Below, piece after piece: positions 25,703-44,922 of a stretch of 64,000 nt of DNA. Made by a program: the position numbers and the translations under genes. A model generated the notes under the pieces. The model was not told the DNA's origin. It did not search any database and saw only the letters and a program-made list of their open reading frames with translations. Source of the stretch: Vermamoeba vermiformis (lineage: Eukaryota). Location of the stretch: assembly GCA_045837725.1 (NCBI GenBank), contig JBEWZL010000089.1, positions 62,001 through 126,000 of the forward strand, in the 5' to 3' direction. How positions within the stretch are numbered: position 1 is the stretch's first letter; each line of letters opens with the position of its first letter.

Positions 25703-28645
25703 TTAATCAGATTGTTCCGAGTCTGAATAATGCCGCCTGCTGCTCTTAGGTTGCGGTAAGCGCTTCGTGATAATAATTTCTTCAGCACTGCGCGAGGTTT
25801 CAAAATTACTCTCGCTGGACGAGTCGTATGAATTATTAGACACATCTGAGTCCACTTGAATGCGTGCCTGACTGGCGTTGTTGATTCGATTCGGATGTGA
25901 GTCGTGCGAGGAGGTCATCTTCGAGTCATCAATCTCGTCCGAGCTGTCTTCGCTGCCCTTCTGCGAGTAATCAGTGATCACAATCTGACGCACGGAGGGC
26001 TTGGTTCTCTTGCGCGAATAGTCCTCATCGTCTGTCGTCTCGCCGCCACCGCGGTACGGCGTCAGATTGGCAATGCTGTTGCGATCACCAGGCGACATGG
26101 TGGCAATGTTCCTGCTCGATCTCAAACTGTCCCTGCCGTCCTTGTCACGCTCGCTCTGTGCTTCAGTCTCGGACCACTCGTGCACCACGACTTCAACGCC
26201 GCTAGTTGGACCACCGAGCGGATCCAACACGCGCACTACTCTTGGGCTCGTGGCGGTGGTCTCTAGGGTGCCCGGCGGTGGCAATTTTTCAGTGCTGTTA
26301 GCGCTGCTCAAGGGTGGCTTGATGGGCAAGGGATGACCGAGCGCCAACAGGTGCAGCAAGCTGATCGCTGACAGCACGAAGAAGGTCGCGAACCAAATGC
26401 CCACGAATCCGTTCGGCGTAGTGAAAATAGGTGTCAACATCAACGCGAAGGGAATCACCAGTGTTAATTTCAGCCCCGAGGCTGCGATCAAAAATCGTGC
26501 GGTCTGGCATAGGAATAGCGGTTAGTTTTCATGAACGAGTGACACTTGATGGTGACACGTGTCAAACTGCGTACCTGAATCAACAAGCGCTGTTTCTTCA
26601 TGTCAATCGTGCTGATCGTGTAGGTCTTCAAGTCGCGCAGGACTCGTAATGCCGTGCACGACGAACAGTACGCCGGAAGTGATGACAACGACCATGCAAA
26701 TGGCGCCTGAAATGTAGCTCAAGTAGTCCTGCGGCAAGAACACACCGCGCACCACTGCCGCGATGATTTCAGCTGCGATGGCCACGGGCAAGACGAGGGC
26801 AATGAGCCACATCCGCAGCTTGGCCAAGAACATGATGTTGCGATGCCACTTTGGGAACACGAGCTCTTTCCAATAATAGACCAATGTGACAGTAGTGACA
26901 GCATAGAACGGCACTGTCACCGTCAACAAGATGTTGCCCGCAATGTTGTGGAATATGTTGCGCGAGAAGAGTGGATCTACACCCAAATAGACCACGCGCA
27001 CTGTGTGCCATAGTTAGCGTCATATTAAACGATATTATAGTGATGTTGCACGTACCAGCACCGACGAATATCTCGATCCAACAAGTCAGTTGTTCGGGTG
27101 TGGATTCAAGGCCGTCTTGTTTGGCGAAGCGCTGCAAAGATATCATTAATATTTACAACTCCACGCTGATAATTATTTTGTTTTGAACTGCAAATGAGTT
27201 ACATCTTTAACGATTATAATAAAATCATGGTATCATACGTACCGAGAGTTGATAAATCGCGTAACCAATGACCGCAGCAGCAAATCCTCCGTCGACAATA
27301 CTCATCGCAATCATCACGCCAGTGTCGTACAGTGCCACCCAGGGATTGGCCGTGCCTATATTTGGAAATTAATCATTTCATAATAAAAAATTGCTAGCAA
27401 AAATTTATGAATTCAAACCTCGTAAATCAATTAAATATTCATATTTCCACCTATTAATCCTTCATAATATTATTCCTATATTAAGAAATGATACTTACCG
27501 TTGAATTGCAAGTTGATAGTGACCAGCAGCGCATTGTCGGCATTAAATCGATCAATGATTGGCGCGACTAAGCTGCGTTCAGTTTCAAATACGGGCACAG
27601 CAATATTACTCGCTGCGGTGCCGTCTGTTAAATATTGACCGAATCCAGGCACACCTATAAATAGTTTTTACCTTATTTAGTAATTTGAATGCGTAAGACT
27701 TGCGAGGTAAGTTTATAAAATGAATAATTAACAAGCGCTATTAATATGTAAAACTTACTTGAAAAATCGCCGCAAACAATGACTGCAACTAAATTTGAGC
27801 TAACATTTTGAACGGCGTTTTGGATCTTCGTTTCAATGCTATGATAAATAGTACAATTAGCACATAATCGGATAGTATATCCAATTGCATTATAATATTG
27901 CAAGTATTGAAATTCTTCCGGCCGACAATTTGTGTTACAAAAGGAATCCGATTGTCCTTTGGAGATTGATACAAAAACTTTGAATTGCTACTATTTTGGT
28001 ATTTGAATTGAATATTTCATCGAATTATTACTATTTTTAGATGTTTACCTTTGTTGCTTAACGTCGGGACAGATTAACAAAACGTGATCTTCGGTTATTA
28101 CCGCGCTCGGGCTGATCCACGAGGGTATTAATCGTCCACTAAACGGTGATTCATCGAAGACCCTATTAGTGCGAGATTAATTTGCAGTCAAGCTGAGTTT
28201 TATCGGGATGTCGATCGTAACGGTCAAAATTCAATCACGCAAAAGACTGGCGCCAAAACTTTAAATAAGAAAATACGGCATGTATTACTACATAATATCG
28301 TGTATCTAATACTATTTTAATGTTTGTGGTCTTTTTGTCGCGCCATCTAATTAGCGTTCGATAAGTAAATTCAATAAGAGGCTTACCAATTACTGCCAAA
28401 TCGACTCAGTCTAGGGCTCGCATATGTTTGTTTTAAATCGTTCGGCGATGTAATTTCAAATCCACTGCAGAGTTCGCTTCCAACTGACATCCGAAAAAAT
28501 TTAATCAGCATTTTGTAATTCCAAATCATTAACGGTATTGCAAAATTCAATTTATTATAGATATAATCGCGAGTAAGAGTATTATATTAAGTTTACCTGC
28601 AAGCAAAAGCAGCATCCAGCAAAGAAGCGATTGATATTTAATCAT
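25703..28645 (-). CDS. Signal peptide + PA (protease-associated)-like ectodomain + about 7-TM membrane protein with a Ser/acidic cytoplasmic tail (spliced)
   Basis: Signal-like MIKYQSLLCWMLLLLA. PA-like HVLLICP..SIETKIQNAVQ..LVAVIVCG..IAVPVFE. Then NPWVALY and about 7 hydrophobic helices, including RVVYLGVDP and LVYYWKEL, and a low-complexity tail. Confidence 0.7.
26553..26564. repeat. 12-bp palindrome TGACACGTGTCA, intronic copy 4
   Basis: Inside an intron of the PA-7TM gene. Confidence 0.9.
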
Positions 28646-29028
28646 TATTAACGGTATATTAATAACGATGCACGAACAATACTAATAAATAAATATATAC
28701 AAATCTATTTCGTGTGTTATGTGTTCGTGTACATTCGACTTTCGATAAACTTTGAACTGGAATAAAATTAATTTTTAACCCGGCCGAAGACGAATGACAA
28801 CTGCGGATAAATTTGCCACCCGCGATGCTAGTTTGAGTACTATATGAATACTAATCACGAGAATAAGGTCATATTTGGTATCCATAAACCAGCGTCTGCG
28901 TTGAGGGGAGATAAAATTTGAGATTTTTCAGGTACGTTCGCAATTATTGCCGGGCTTATGGCATGATTAATATCGCATTTATTTACAGTTGTTTTGGTTC
29001 TTTTAATTATTATTCTTTTTTTTTGCCG

Positions 29029-35817
<6,789 letters not shown>

Positions 35818-35985
35818 CTTGATAGTTATCGATCAGCACTGCATCTGATCACGTTTATTTACGCTTCTCCATATAGAAGCGATGTACTGTCTGATGTGAT
35901 CTTGCGTGTAATTATACTTTAAGACTGTTAACAGTCTGCGGCGCCAAATTTACGCAACTAAAATTGGACTTGGATCTAAATTGGG

Positions 35986-37549
35986 TCAATGCAGCACGAT
36001 CGCTTTATTTTTAAGTTGCTGAGCAATAAAAAGTAAAAATGTGGGCTTCTTCGTCAATTTTTGCATGGTGGCTCGCGCTACCTGCGCCTCTTCATTATTT
36101 TTGGATTTTGTTTTGCTGCCGATCACGGTCAGTATGTCAGTTCTTTCCAGAACAGAGTCTTGCTCCGCGCTTGCATATGTAGCAATGAAGCAGATTGCGT
36201 TGAAAGCCGCAGTGTCGTTATGCGAGGCCTGAATAAGAGGATCAAGCAACTTCTTTATCTATCAGGCAGGAGATGTAACGGATTTTCAACCAATCTTCGT
36301 ACTTCACGACTGTCAGAGTTTATAAATTCTTGCGGTTCTACTTTTGACCACACGTCAGGAAGATATGCCATCGTGCACTTCCAGTGACAGATCTGAATGA
36401 ACAGTTCTGGACTGTCCTGATAAACCTGCACTAACGCATCGCTATTTCAATGTTAGAAATTGCGTCGATGAATGTATGCTACGTACCTCATCCAGAACGA
36501 ATGATGTTTATTCTTCCGATCGGACTCAAGTACTAGACGCCATATATCAGCATTTCTGCTGTGCGAAAGTGCTTGAAGAGGGGACGTAATTTCCTTTTTT
36601 TTCAGTGGGGTCATAATATCGTCTAGCAGAGGCAATAATTCATTTGTGCAACTGTCTATGTTACTCAGAATGGTGTACAAAATATCCGAAGCCCCTTTGT
36701 AATATTTGTACTCGTCGTTGAGTATGTGCCAGACTAATGTCATTATCGTATCCTTATTCTTGGAAATTTCTTTAGTGAACTGCGATCGTTTGTTAGTTTC
36801 ACATCCAGAAAGTTTGATCGCAATCTTACTTCTACTTGTTTTCGATAATGAACTAGTGCTTCAGCCGCGACTTCGAGAACGGCTTGATTGAATCTCTGGG
36901 GTCGTGGTTGCTTTGAAAAAGCTTGGAATATATACGGTTTTAGAATATCTACCAAGACTTCGTTTAAGTACTGCAACTTCTGTTTCGCGATGTTGTGAGC
37001 AATTTTTAAATACGTTTCCTACACGCAAATATTAGAAGAAAAGTACGCTACAAATAAAATCAAGGTCCGTACCAGAATCGTTTGATGCGTGCTGTCCAAT
37101 AAGTGCCGATTAGTCTCAAGAACCGTTGTCATTTGTGCGTATGCGTATTGCCTCGGACTCGTGCCATCGGCCAATTGATTTAATACGGTTTTAAGTCCGG
37201 TGGTGAGATCGCGTGGATTATTCGATACGAGCTTGTTTGCCACAAGTGAGAGGTTCTCTGGTTTTTGATAGGGCTTTTGCAGTAGTATCCATATTTGTGC
37301 CGAGGATACGAACGGCCGCTCCTTAGATATAAACATACTGTTATTGCAAGCAATGCTCACCCAAGTACTGCGTTTGTGAATGGTGTCGTGCCAGCTACGG
37401 TTGAAATTCAGTATTTATTATTATTTTAAATTTTAAGTATCAACTTACCTTTTAGAAATCGAGGCCAAGTTTAAGACAGTTATAAAGTCCGAATTCAGCA
37501 AGATTTCGTCCATAACGCCGGGTAGAAAAATAATATATTCGGCATCCAT
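35986..37549 (-). CDS. F-box protein with a helical (ARM/HEAT-like) C-terminal region (spliced)
   Basis: Spliced N-terminus IFLPGVMDEILLNSDFITVLNLASISKSWHDTIHKRSTW fits an F-box. Downstream exons are Leu-rich amphipathic helices. Confidence 0.6.
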
Positions 37550-37997
37550 CCTTTACTGCTTTAATTTCTGTTATTTTATAGTAGAAAAATATTAGAAAAT
37601 TACCAATGCGAAGTAGACTACTTGCCAATCGTAAAATTAAACAAAGAACAAAATATAAATTTCGCACTTCGAGCGTAACTTACCCTACGTGGTAGTAAGC
37701 AGTCTTCATGTAATTGAGTAATTGTAAATTTATGTTGTAACCAACACATGATTACAGAAAATTGCAAGAATGACCCTTTTTCAACTTTTGCTTGTCGTGC
37801 CGGTGAAATTTCTTTTGCGTTGTGATCCAGTTACAACAGAAGGAACACTAGCGATTGTTCCAGGAATGTCGGCTTTTCCAAAAGTGCGTCTTATTCAGCA
37901 CTAGTAGGTGTTGCAATGAAGCAGACGGCGGCGAAAGGCGGTTGTGCCTGGCGGCAGTTCTGTGAATCTGCACTACCACGATTGTCTATCTACGACA

Positions 37998-39385
37998 CTA
38001 ATCCTGCTCTTCATCGTACAAGTCACGGTGCACGACTAAGAACTCAGCAGTGCGCTGACTGAATTCAAAGTGTGGCGGGAACTTGGATGCGCTCTTCGGA
38101 AACGACTGCAACTTGCGCAACAAGCACATGGTGTCTGGCAGCACGGAGATGGGGTTGGACATGACGTTGATCGATTTCAACTTTTGCAACGATGAAATTT
38201 CACGTGGCACTGATTGCAGCTTGCTCTTGGAGATGCTGAGGTGTTCCAAGAACGTCAGTTTGAGCACCGATTTCGGCAAGTGTTTGAAGCTGTTTTGACC
38301 AATCACAAGCCAGCGCAGTGACGTCAGCATCGACAAGTCATCGGGCACTTCGCGGAGTTTGTTGTTGAAGCAGTTGAGTTTGAACAGTGCCGTGAGCAGA
38401 TGCAGATCCGGAAATCTGGTCAAATTGTTGTCCTGAATATCCAATTCTTTCAAGAAAGGGAGATTTAATCCGTCGAGGGCATGCGGCAAGAGCTTATTTC
38501 CTTTTATGGCGAGTACTTCTAAATTAGGCGCAGCGTTGATTGTTTCGAGTTGATTTGACGACAGATCCAAGTAGGTGAGATGATGCATCATGCTAATATC
38601 GGGCATAGTCTCGAGCACATTAGAGGACAGCTCTAACTCGCGCACATTCGTCAGCAAGTTGATCTGCGATGGAATTGTAGTTAGCTTGTTGGTGTGAGCC
38701 TTGAAGGTCGTTAAATTGCTCAATTGTCCAATCCAATCAGGCACGTGTGTTAAACAATTGCTCGAGACCTGCAGTCGTTGCAGATTCGTCAAGCGAGAGA
38801 GCTCATCGGGAAGGCTAGTGAGCTGGTTTGAGTCCAAAATGAGCTTAGCAACATTCGTTAATTGTCCGATTGATGAAGGTAATGATGTGAGTTGGTTCCG
38901 AGATAAAGTTAAGCGGTTGAGGCTCGTCATGAGTGGTAGATCCGGAGTTTTGAGCAGATCTTCAATGATGCTTGCGTTGGCTTCGGAGAGACCAAATATC
39001 GTAAGTCGATTCAGAGTAGTAAATTTTGCTAGTAAGATCAATTAATAACATGACCTTCTTGCTTCGCGTAACGATGATTTTCAGACGGGTATGAAATTAT
39101 TTCGGTAAATTCAGAAAATTAAATACCTAATATTGATAAGTCCCTTAGACCTCCGTCAGTTGAATTAATTGTTAAATTCGTCAAATTGGTGAATAATAAC
39201 AGCTCCTCAGTGATTGTTGGTCCTGGAACCGGCAAGATCAAGTCTCCAACGTCATAGTTCTTGCTTGCCGATCGTTTCTTTGGTATTGTAATATGTGCTT
39301 GCATGGGTGTCTTATTGCCGTTCATCGTAAAGTGAATTTTAAATTTTTTTGCTCGTTGCAACATGTTTGATTTTTTGGATCTCAT
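37998..39385 (-). CDS. Leucine-rich repeat protein with typical LxxLxLxxNxLxxLP repeats (spliced; start uncertain between 39324 and 39385)
   Basis: About 12 LRRs, for example LNRLTLSRNQLTSLPSSIGQL and LQRLQVSSNCLTHVPDWIGQL. Confidence 0.9.
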
Positions 39386-39424
39386 GATTTTTTGTCAACA
39401 CACGAAGAATATAACACACTAGAT

Positions 39425-41812
39425 ATGGGTGACGCCGTTGATATTATTGCTTTAGATATTGGCACGTCCGCAACTCGCGTGGCGATCTACAAAAACGATA
39501 ATGCTGATGTGGTCGCAGATTCGGACGGTCATAGGTAATGAATGTGCCATCATTATATTATTTTTGCGGTATTTTAAATTGGAAGGAACTAAATATTTTA
39601 TCTAGCCTAAAAATAAAGATCAGATCGGATCTCAATGCCAAAATAATTCAATTAGTACTAAAAATATGATCTAAAATTTATTAATATAGCCCATAATATT
39701 TGTAATCGATTCCCAGCCCATAATAATTAACCTGTTGCACGATCTCGATCGGATCTTTTTGTTGGATTTGTCTTGCAAACTTGTCGGCTCCATATTAATC
39801 GCATTCTTACAATACTATAGATCACTTCCTACAGTCATTGCATATTCAGAGAGCGGCAGTATTGTCGGCTACGAAGCTAAGCAACAACAAGGTCGTAACT
39901 TGGCGAACACCTTCGATAAAATGAAAAAGCTCATTGCCACTAAGAATAATGAAGAAGTAAGTGCCATAATTATACTATTATAATGCGTATATTTGCAAAG
40001 AGATCCAGCCCGTCTAACATTGTTCCTCAGTTGCAAGCTCTGATCAACAGCATGGCTTACAAAGCATCCACAGACAAGAGCGGAAAGATCAATTTTGAAG
40101 TGCAGGGCGAGAAGGTACGTCTATATTTATTATTATTGTATTTAACACTTGGCTAATGTTACTGTTCTAGTCTCAAACTGTCTCGATGGAAGATCTGTTT
40201 TTGCCGTTTATTAACAAAATGAAAGACACTGCTGAAAGTGCTTTGGGCTCTAAAGTGGTACGTACAAATATCATTTTATTATTATAACAATACTATTCTA
40301 ACGCTGAATTATTTCTAAGAATAAATGCGTGGTGTCTGTTCCACCGCACTTTGACGCAGATCAGAAGATGGCAATCGTTGAAATATTGAACAAGTACGTT
40401 AATACTACACAGATATAATATACATATAGCTAATATAATACTATAGAGCTCAGTTGAAAGTCTTAAAAACGATCGTAGATCCGGCCTGTGCAGCCTTGGC
40501 GTACAACTTGGGTGACCCGGCATTGAAACACAAAACCGTTATTGTCGTCGACTTTGGTGCTGGTCTCGATATTTCTCTATTGTCTATTAATAGCGGCGTT
40601 ATTTCACTGAAACAAAGTGAAGATCTGAAACTCGGTGGCGACGACATTGTGAACAACTTGGTATGATAGACATTCGTTTGTATATGATACAATACGCGTA
40701 TTAACGACGGCTAATAGGTCAATTACTGCATTGACGAGTTCAAAAAGAAAATTAAACAAAAAGACATTTCAATCAACTCGCGCACCTTGCACAAATTGAA
40801 ACTGTCGTGCGAGAACGCGTTGAAAGGTAATGTGATATAGCACTTATAGTATATGATAGTGTGAGCTAATAGATGTCATATAGCCTTGTCACAAATGCAA
40901 TCAGTCAATATTGAAGTCGAATCAATGTACGAGGGCATTGATTTCATGTTGAACATTAGTCGTGCGCGATTTGAAAGCATGAACGATTCTATTTTCAGGC
41001 ACGTGCAAATATAGTTATTAACTTCGTTGTGAGATCTAACCGATGAAATAGGAAAATTTTGGAGCCGATTCAAAAAGTGCTGAGTGCCGCGCAGCTCGAC
41101 AAATCACAATTGGACGGTGTGGTGCTCGTCGGTGGACTGTGCAAAATTCCGCGCGTGAAGGCAGTGATTGAAGGATTTTTCAACACCGATCAAAAGAAGA
41201 TGCCGCTGTTTGACACCATCAACCCCGAAGAGGTCGTTGCATTCGGTAAGAAATTGTCGCAAAGACTAGTGCCCGACACGAGACTCATCGCATTGTACCA
41301 TAATTAGGTGCTGCAGTAGAGGCCAATGAACTGCACAAGACGATTGAACACAACAAACGAGAGCGCAAGACGAACAAAATTAAAGCCAAGCCCGAGGCAT
41401 TCTTAGAAGAGATTGACGTCTTGGCTGCACCCATCGGCATCTTGAACAACGGAAATTTCGTCAAAGTAATTTACGAGAACACACCCGTGCCATTCAAACG
41501 TCACGTGACAGTGTCAACATCAGAGGACAATCAGAGCTCGGTGGAGCTGAAGGTCGGTGAGGGCCGTGACGGCAGTGCTGAGCCCGTGCACCTCGCGACG
41601 GTCGTGTTGAAAGACTTGCAAGCCAAGCCCAAGGGCGAGGCCAAGATCAACGTCGTGTTCACTGCCGACAAGACTGGTGGCTTGGTACGTAGCAACTCGC
41701 TGATAACCTGTAATGTTGAGTCATTCTAATGCGCATATTCTTTTAGACCGTCAAGCTCTCCGAACAAGGCACAGACAACTCGACAACTGTGAAATTAGAA
41801 ATGACGAAATAA
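39425..41812 (+). CDS. Atypical Hsp70, HSPA14/Ssz1-like (probable ribosome-associated complex subunit); spliced
   Basis: IIALDIGTS, DSDGHRSLPTVIAY, VVSVPPHF, DPACAALAYNL, VVDFGAG, GGDDI, SRARFE, VLVGGLCKIP, INPEEVVAFGAA. It ends right after the substrate-binding beta-domain with no lid and no EEVD. Confidence 0.82.
40999..41051 (+). other. Non-canonical GC-AG intron in the Hsp70-like gene
   Basis: TTCAG|gcacgt...ctaac...aatag|GAAAATT. Removing it restores SIFRKILEPIQK in frame. Confidence 0.75.
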
Positions 41813-41845
41813 AAGCGATTAAAAGTTCGAACAAGTTGTGTTTTT

Positions 41846-44646
41846 TTATTCTCTGACTTTGTGCGGTGCAAACTGTTCCTTGTTGGCCAGATATTCGGGA
41901 TTAGGACTCTGCGAGGGCTTTGCTTGAACATTGTCCGTTCTGCTCGTGTTCTCGATCAAACTCTCAGCGACCATGAAGATAAAGCGATAATATTTGGCCT
42001 CTTCGTCGCGATCAGCAAACAGTTGATTGAACTTGGCCATTTCTTTGAAGTTCGCTTTCCACGCGGCAATTTGATCGCCGTACAGCACCGAATTGGCGTT
42101 CAAATACTCGAGCGGTCTCATGTACACTTCGCGCAACGACGAAACGTCACCGCGGTACATCTGTCGCACGTTTTGGAACAGCTGCACTAAGAGCCGTGGT
42201 GACTGCGCGAGAGACAAATCAATGATCGATTGCACGGCTTCGAGTGGCGCTACTTGATCCGCATTCAACATGATCGCTGCAACAACGATAATTAGCTCCT
42301 ATTTCAATGGTATTAGCTTAATACATACAGGTCAGTTCTACGGCCATGGCTGCCTGTCGCTTCTTCAACAGCGCCACCATCATGCGCACAGTGTTCGTTT
42401 GATTGAAGTGTGCTCGAGCACGTTTAACGTCCTCCAGCAGCACCGCCAATTTTTCCAATTTTCCCTGCGGTACCAAGTCAGCTTCAGCCACAGATGTCAC
42501 GTGTGTATATTCGACTTACGGTCAGTGCGTAAAGTCCTCCCAACGAGCCAAAAGTGTTGCCATCAGGCACGAGTTTCAATTCTAAAATTCTGTCGTAAAT
42601 TTTCTCGCACTTGGTAATGTCTCGGTAGTGGCTGTACACGATCAAAAATTGATTGAAAAATCTCGTCGGTGGCACAATGCCTCTGTCTTCGACGATCCTG
42701 CACAGACGCATCCATTAGTAAAAACACATAATTTAAGCCGACCAACGACGTACTTGAGAATCTCTTCCATGCCCTTAATGTCCTTGCGCTTGAATGGCAC
42801 GTGCAGCCACACGTCAAACAGCGTGCTGTCGGGCTCAATGCCTTTGTTCTGCATCTCTTTGAACAAGTCCGCAATGGCGTCCAAATCTGTTGCGAGGAGT
42901 CAGTCAGTCGCGTCATTAACAAATGCTCAATGCACGCACCGTCTTTTTCAGCAAAGTACTGGATCATAATGGTGAAGTAGAACACGTTCGGTTTGAAGCC
43001 CCTAATAACACTTGTCAGCTTGTGCCTCGATATTTGCATTGTTGACGTACATTTGCAACATCTCCGCGCTGTATTTTTGCGCGTTGCTCAAGTCATCCAA
43101 CTTCAAAAACATGTGAATAATGTTGTTGTACATGGCCAAGATGACCGTATTTTGTTTCTTCATCATTTCTAATACCTGGTGCAACAGACTGGTTAACCAC
43201 GATACTGGACGTTTATATCATAGACATCGTCTTACTCCCAAGGCCTTTTCGACTTGAAGCTTGGAGCAGTAGTAATTGAGAATTAGCACGTAGCTGTTGG
43301 GACCGAAGTTGGTGCCGAATTTGCGGCCCAAGTCCAAAATATCCAGGGCTCGCTTCACGTCACCTTGCTGTATTATATCACACGATATTAGTTTAATGCA
43401 TCATTCACATTGATGTTCTAATTACCCTCAGACGAGCAGACAACAAAAGGTTCCAAAAAGCCTGAAGGAATCGAGGTTAGCATGAGATTAGTGCCAGTTA
43501 TACTATATACATACCTCTTCGGGTGAGAGATCGTTCTCGACAATTTCCGCGAATAAAGTGCGCACGAGAGCCTCAGGGTCGTACAACTTGGCTTCGTCGC
43601 TGAAGATGACCTTGGCGAGTGAGTGCACTGTTTTCTCGTCGAGTGGAACGCCTTCAACTTTCATCAACTTCCAGAACTTGATGGCCTCTGCGATATCTCC
43701 CTATTAATATTGATTAGAAATAGCATTCAACACAGTCAGATCCAGATCTAAACGCACCTTTACAGCGCACATATCAATCAAAATGTTGTACGTGTCAACA
43801 GTGGGCTGCAAATTGTAGGTTGAAATGATCTCGGTGAAGAATTTGATGGCAGCGTTGTGATTGTTCATTTCTTTGTAGGCAGCCAGCATCGTGTTGCTCA
43901 CGAGAATGTTCGGTGTAATTCCTGCGAGGGGTCGTCTTGTCAACACATGCTCACTATTAACAATGACTATATACGTACCTGCATCTAACATCTCTTTCCA
44001 GAGTGCCTCGGCTGATTTGATCGCACGATTGCGCGCGTAAATGGTCAACATGACGTTGTACGAGATGACGTTGAGTTTGAGGGTCGGATCTCGATTTTTC
44101 CAAAACTTGGTAGCGCCCTTTAGATCTGATTTGCCTAGCTGTTGCAACTGCCTCGTGAATAATTTAACGTGCACATCTGCTTCTGTTTCAGGGGAGTCGA
44201 CGATCTGTTGCGACCTGTTCCTTTTCTGTGAAGGCTTGGCAGCCAAGTTGCTGCGCTCAACGCGTCGCTTAAAATCAGGGTCTTCTCCTTCGATATTGTC
44301 CGAGTCATCAACTTTGTCCGAGTATTGACGCGAAAAACAGATCGTGCTGCCAAATCCAGATGCGATCGACTGTTTGGTAACTCTATTGCACGATCGAGTT
44401 GTTGCAAATATACTTTGTGAATTATTCGAAGACGTTCTCCCTGGTAAAAGGATATATTAGAATTAATTAGTATTTGTTTTGATTTTACAGATCCAATAAA
44501 TCAGAATATGAGTGCAATATTATTTATATGACGCATTAATCGATTATTAAATAATAAAAGTATAAACTGGTCATAACGAAAAGCGGCTTACTGACGGCTG
44601 ATCTGGATCCCAATTTCAATAATCTTGGTGCCAATCGCTGCAACAT
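41846..44646 (-). CDS. Pentatricopeptide repeat (PPR) protein, probably mitochondrial (spliced)
   Basis: Presequence-like MLQRLAPRLLKLGSRSA. PPR motifs NVISYNVMLTIYARNRAIKSAEALWKEM, PTVDTYNILIDMC and PNVFYFTIMIQYFA. Confidence 0.9.
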
Positions 44647-44922
44647 TTCTAGTATTTAATATATAATACAAAAATAAATAAATAGAAATTATTTAAGCTG
44701 TTTGTCTTGTTTTCGCGTTGAGTTCAGCGATCAGATCCTCTCTTCTCAAGCAGCCAACAACAACAAAAATCTACAACTAGTATTGTCGTGTAGTGACCAA
44801 TAATGACAACAAAAATAAAACTGAAACGGGCAGCATTTCACCACCAAATTTTTTTAAACGCAATTTGTTAGATCTTGATCTAAGAACAACCACTTTTATT
44901 ACTTGTATATTAGTTAAAATCA

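Noticed and set aside
27840-28047. Apparent extra exon or non-canonical donor in the PA-7TM gene
   Set aside because: A single canonical intron of about 210 nt gives an in-frame PA-like sequence (VKQQSIETKIQNA).
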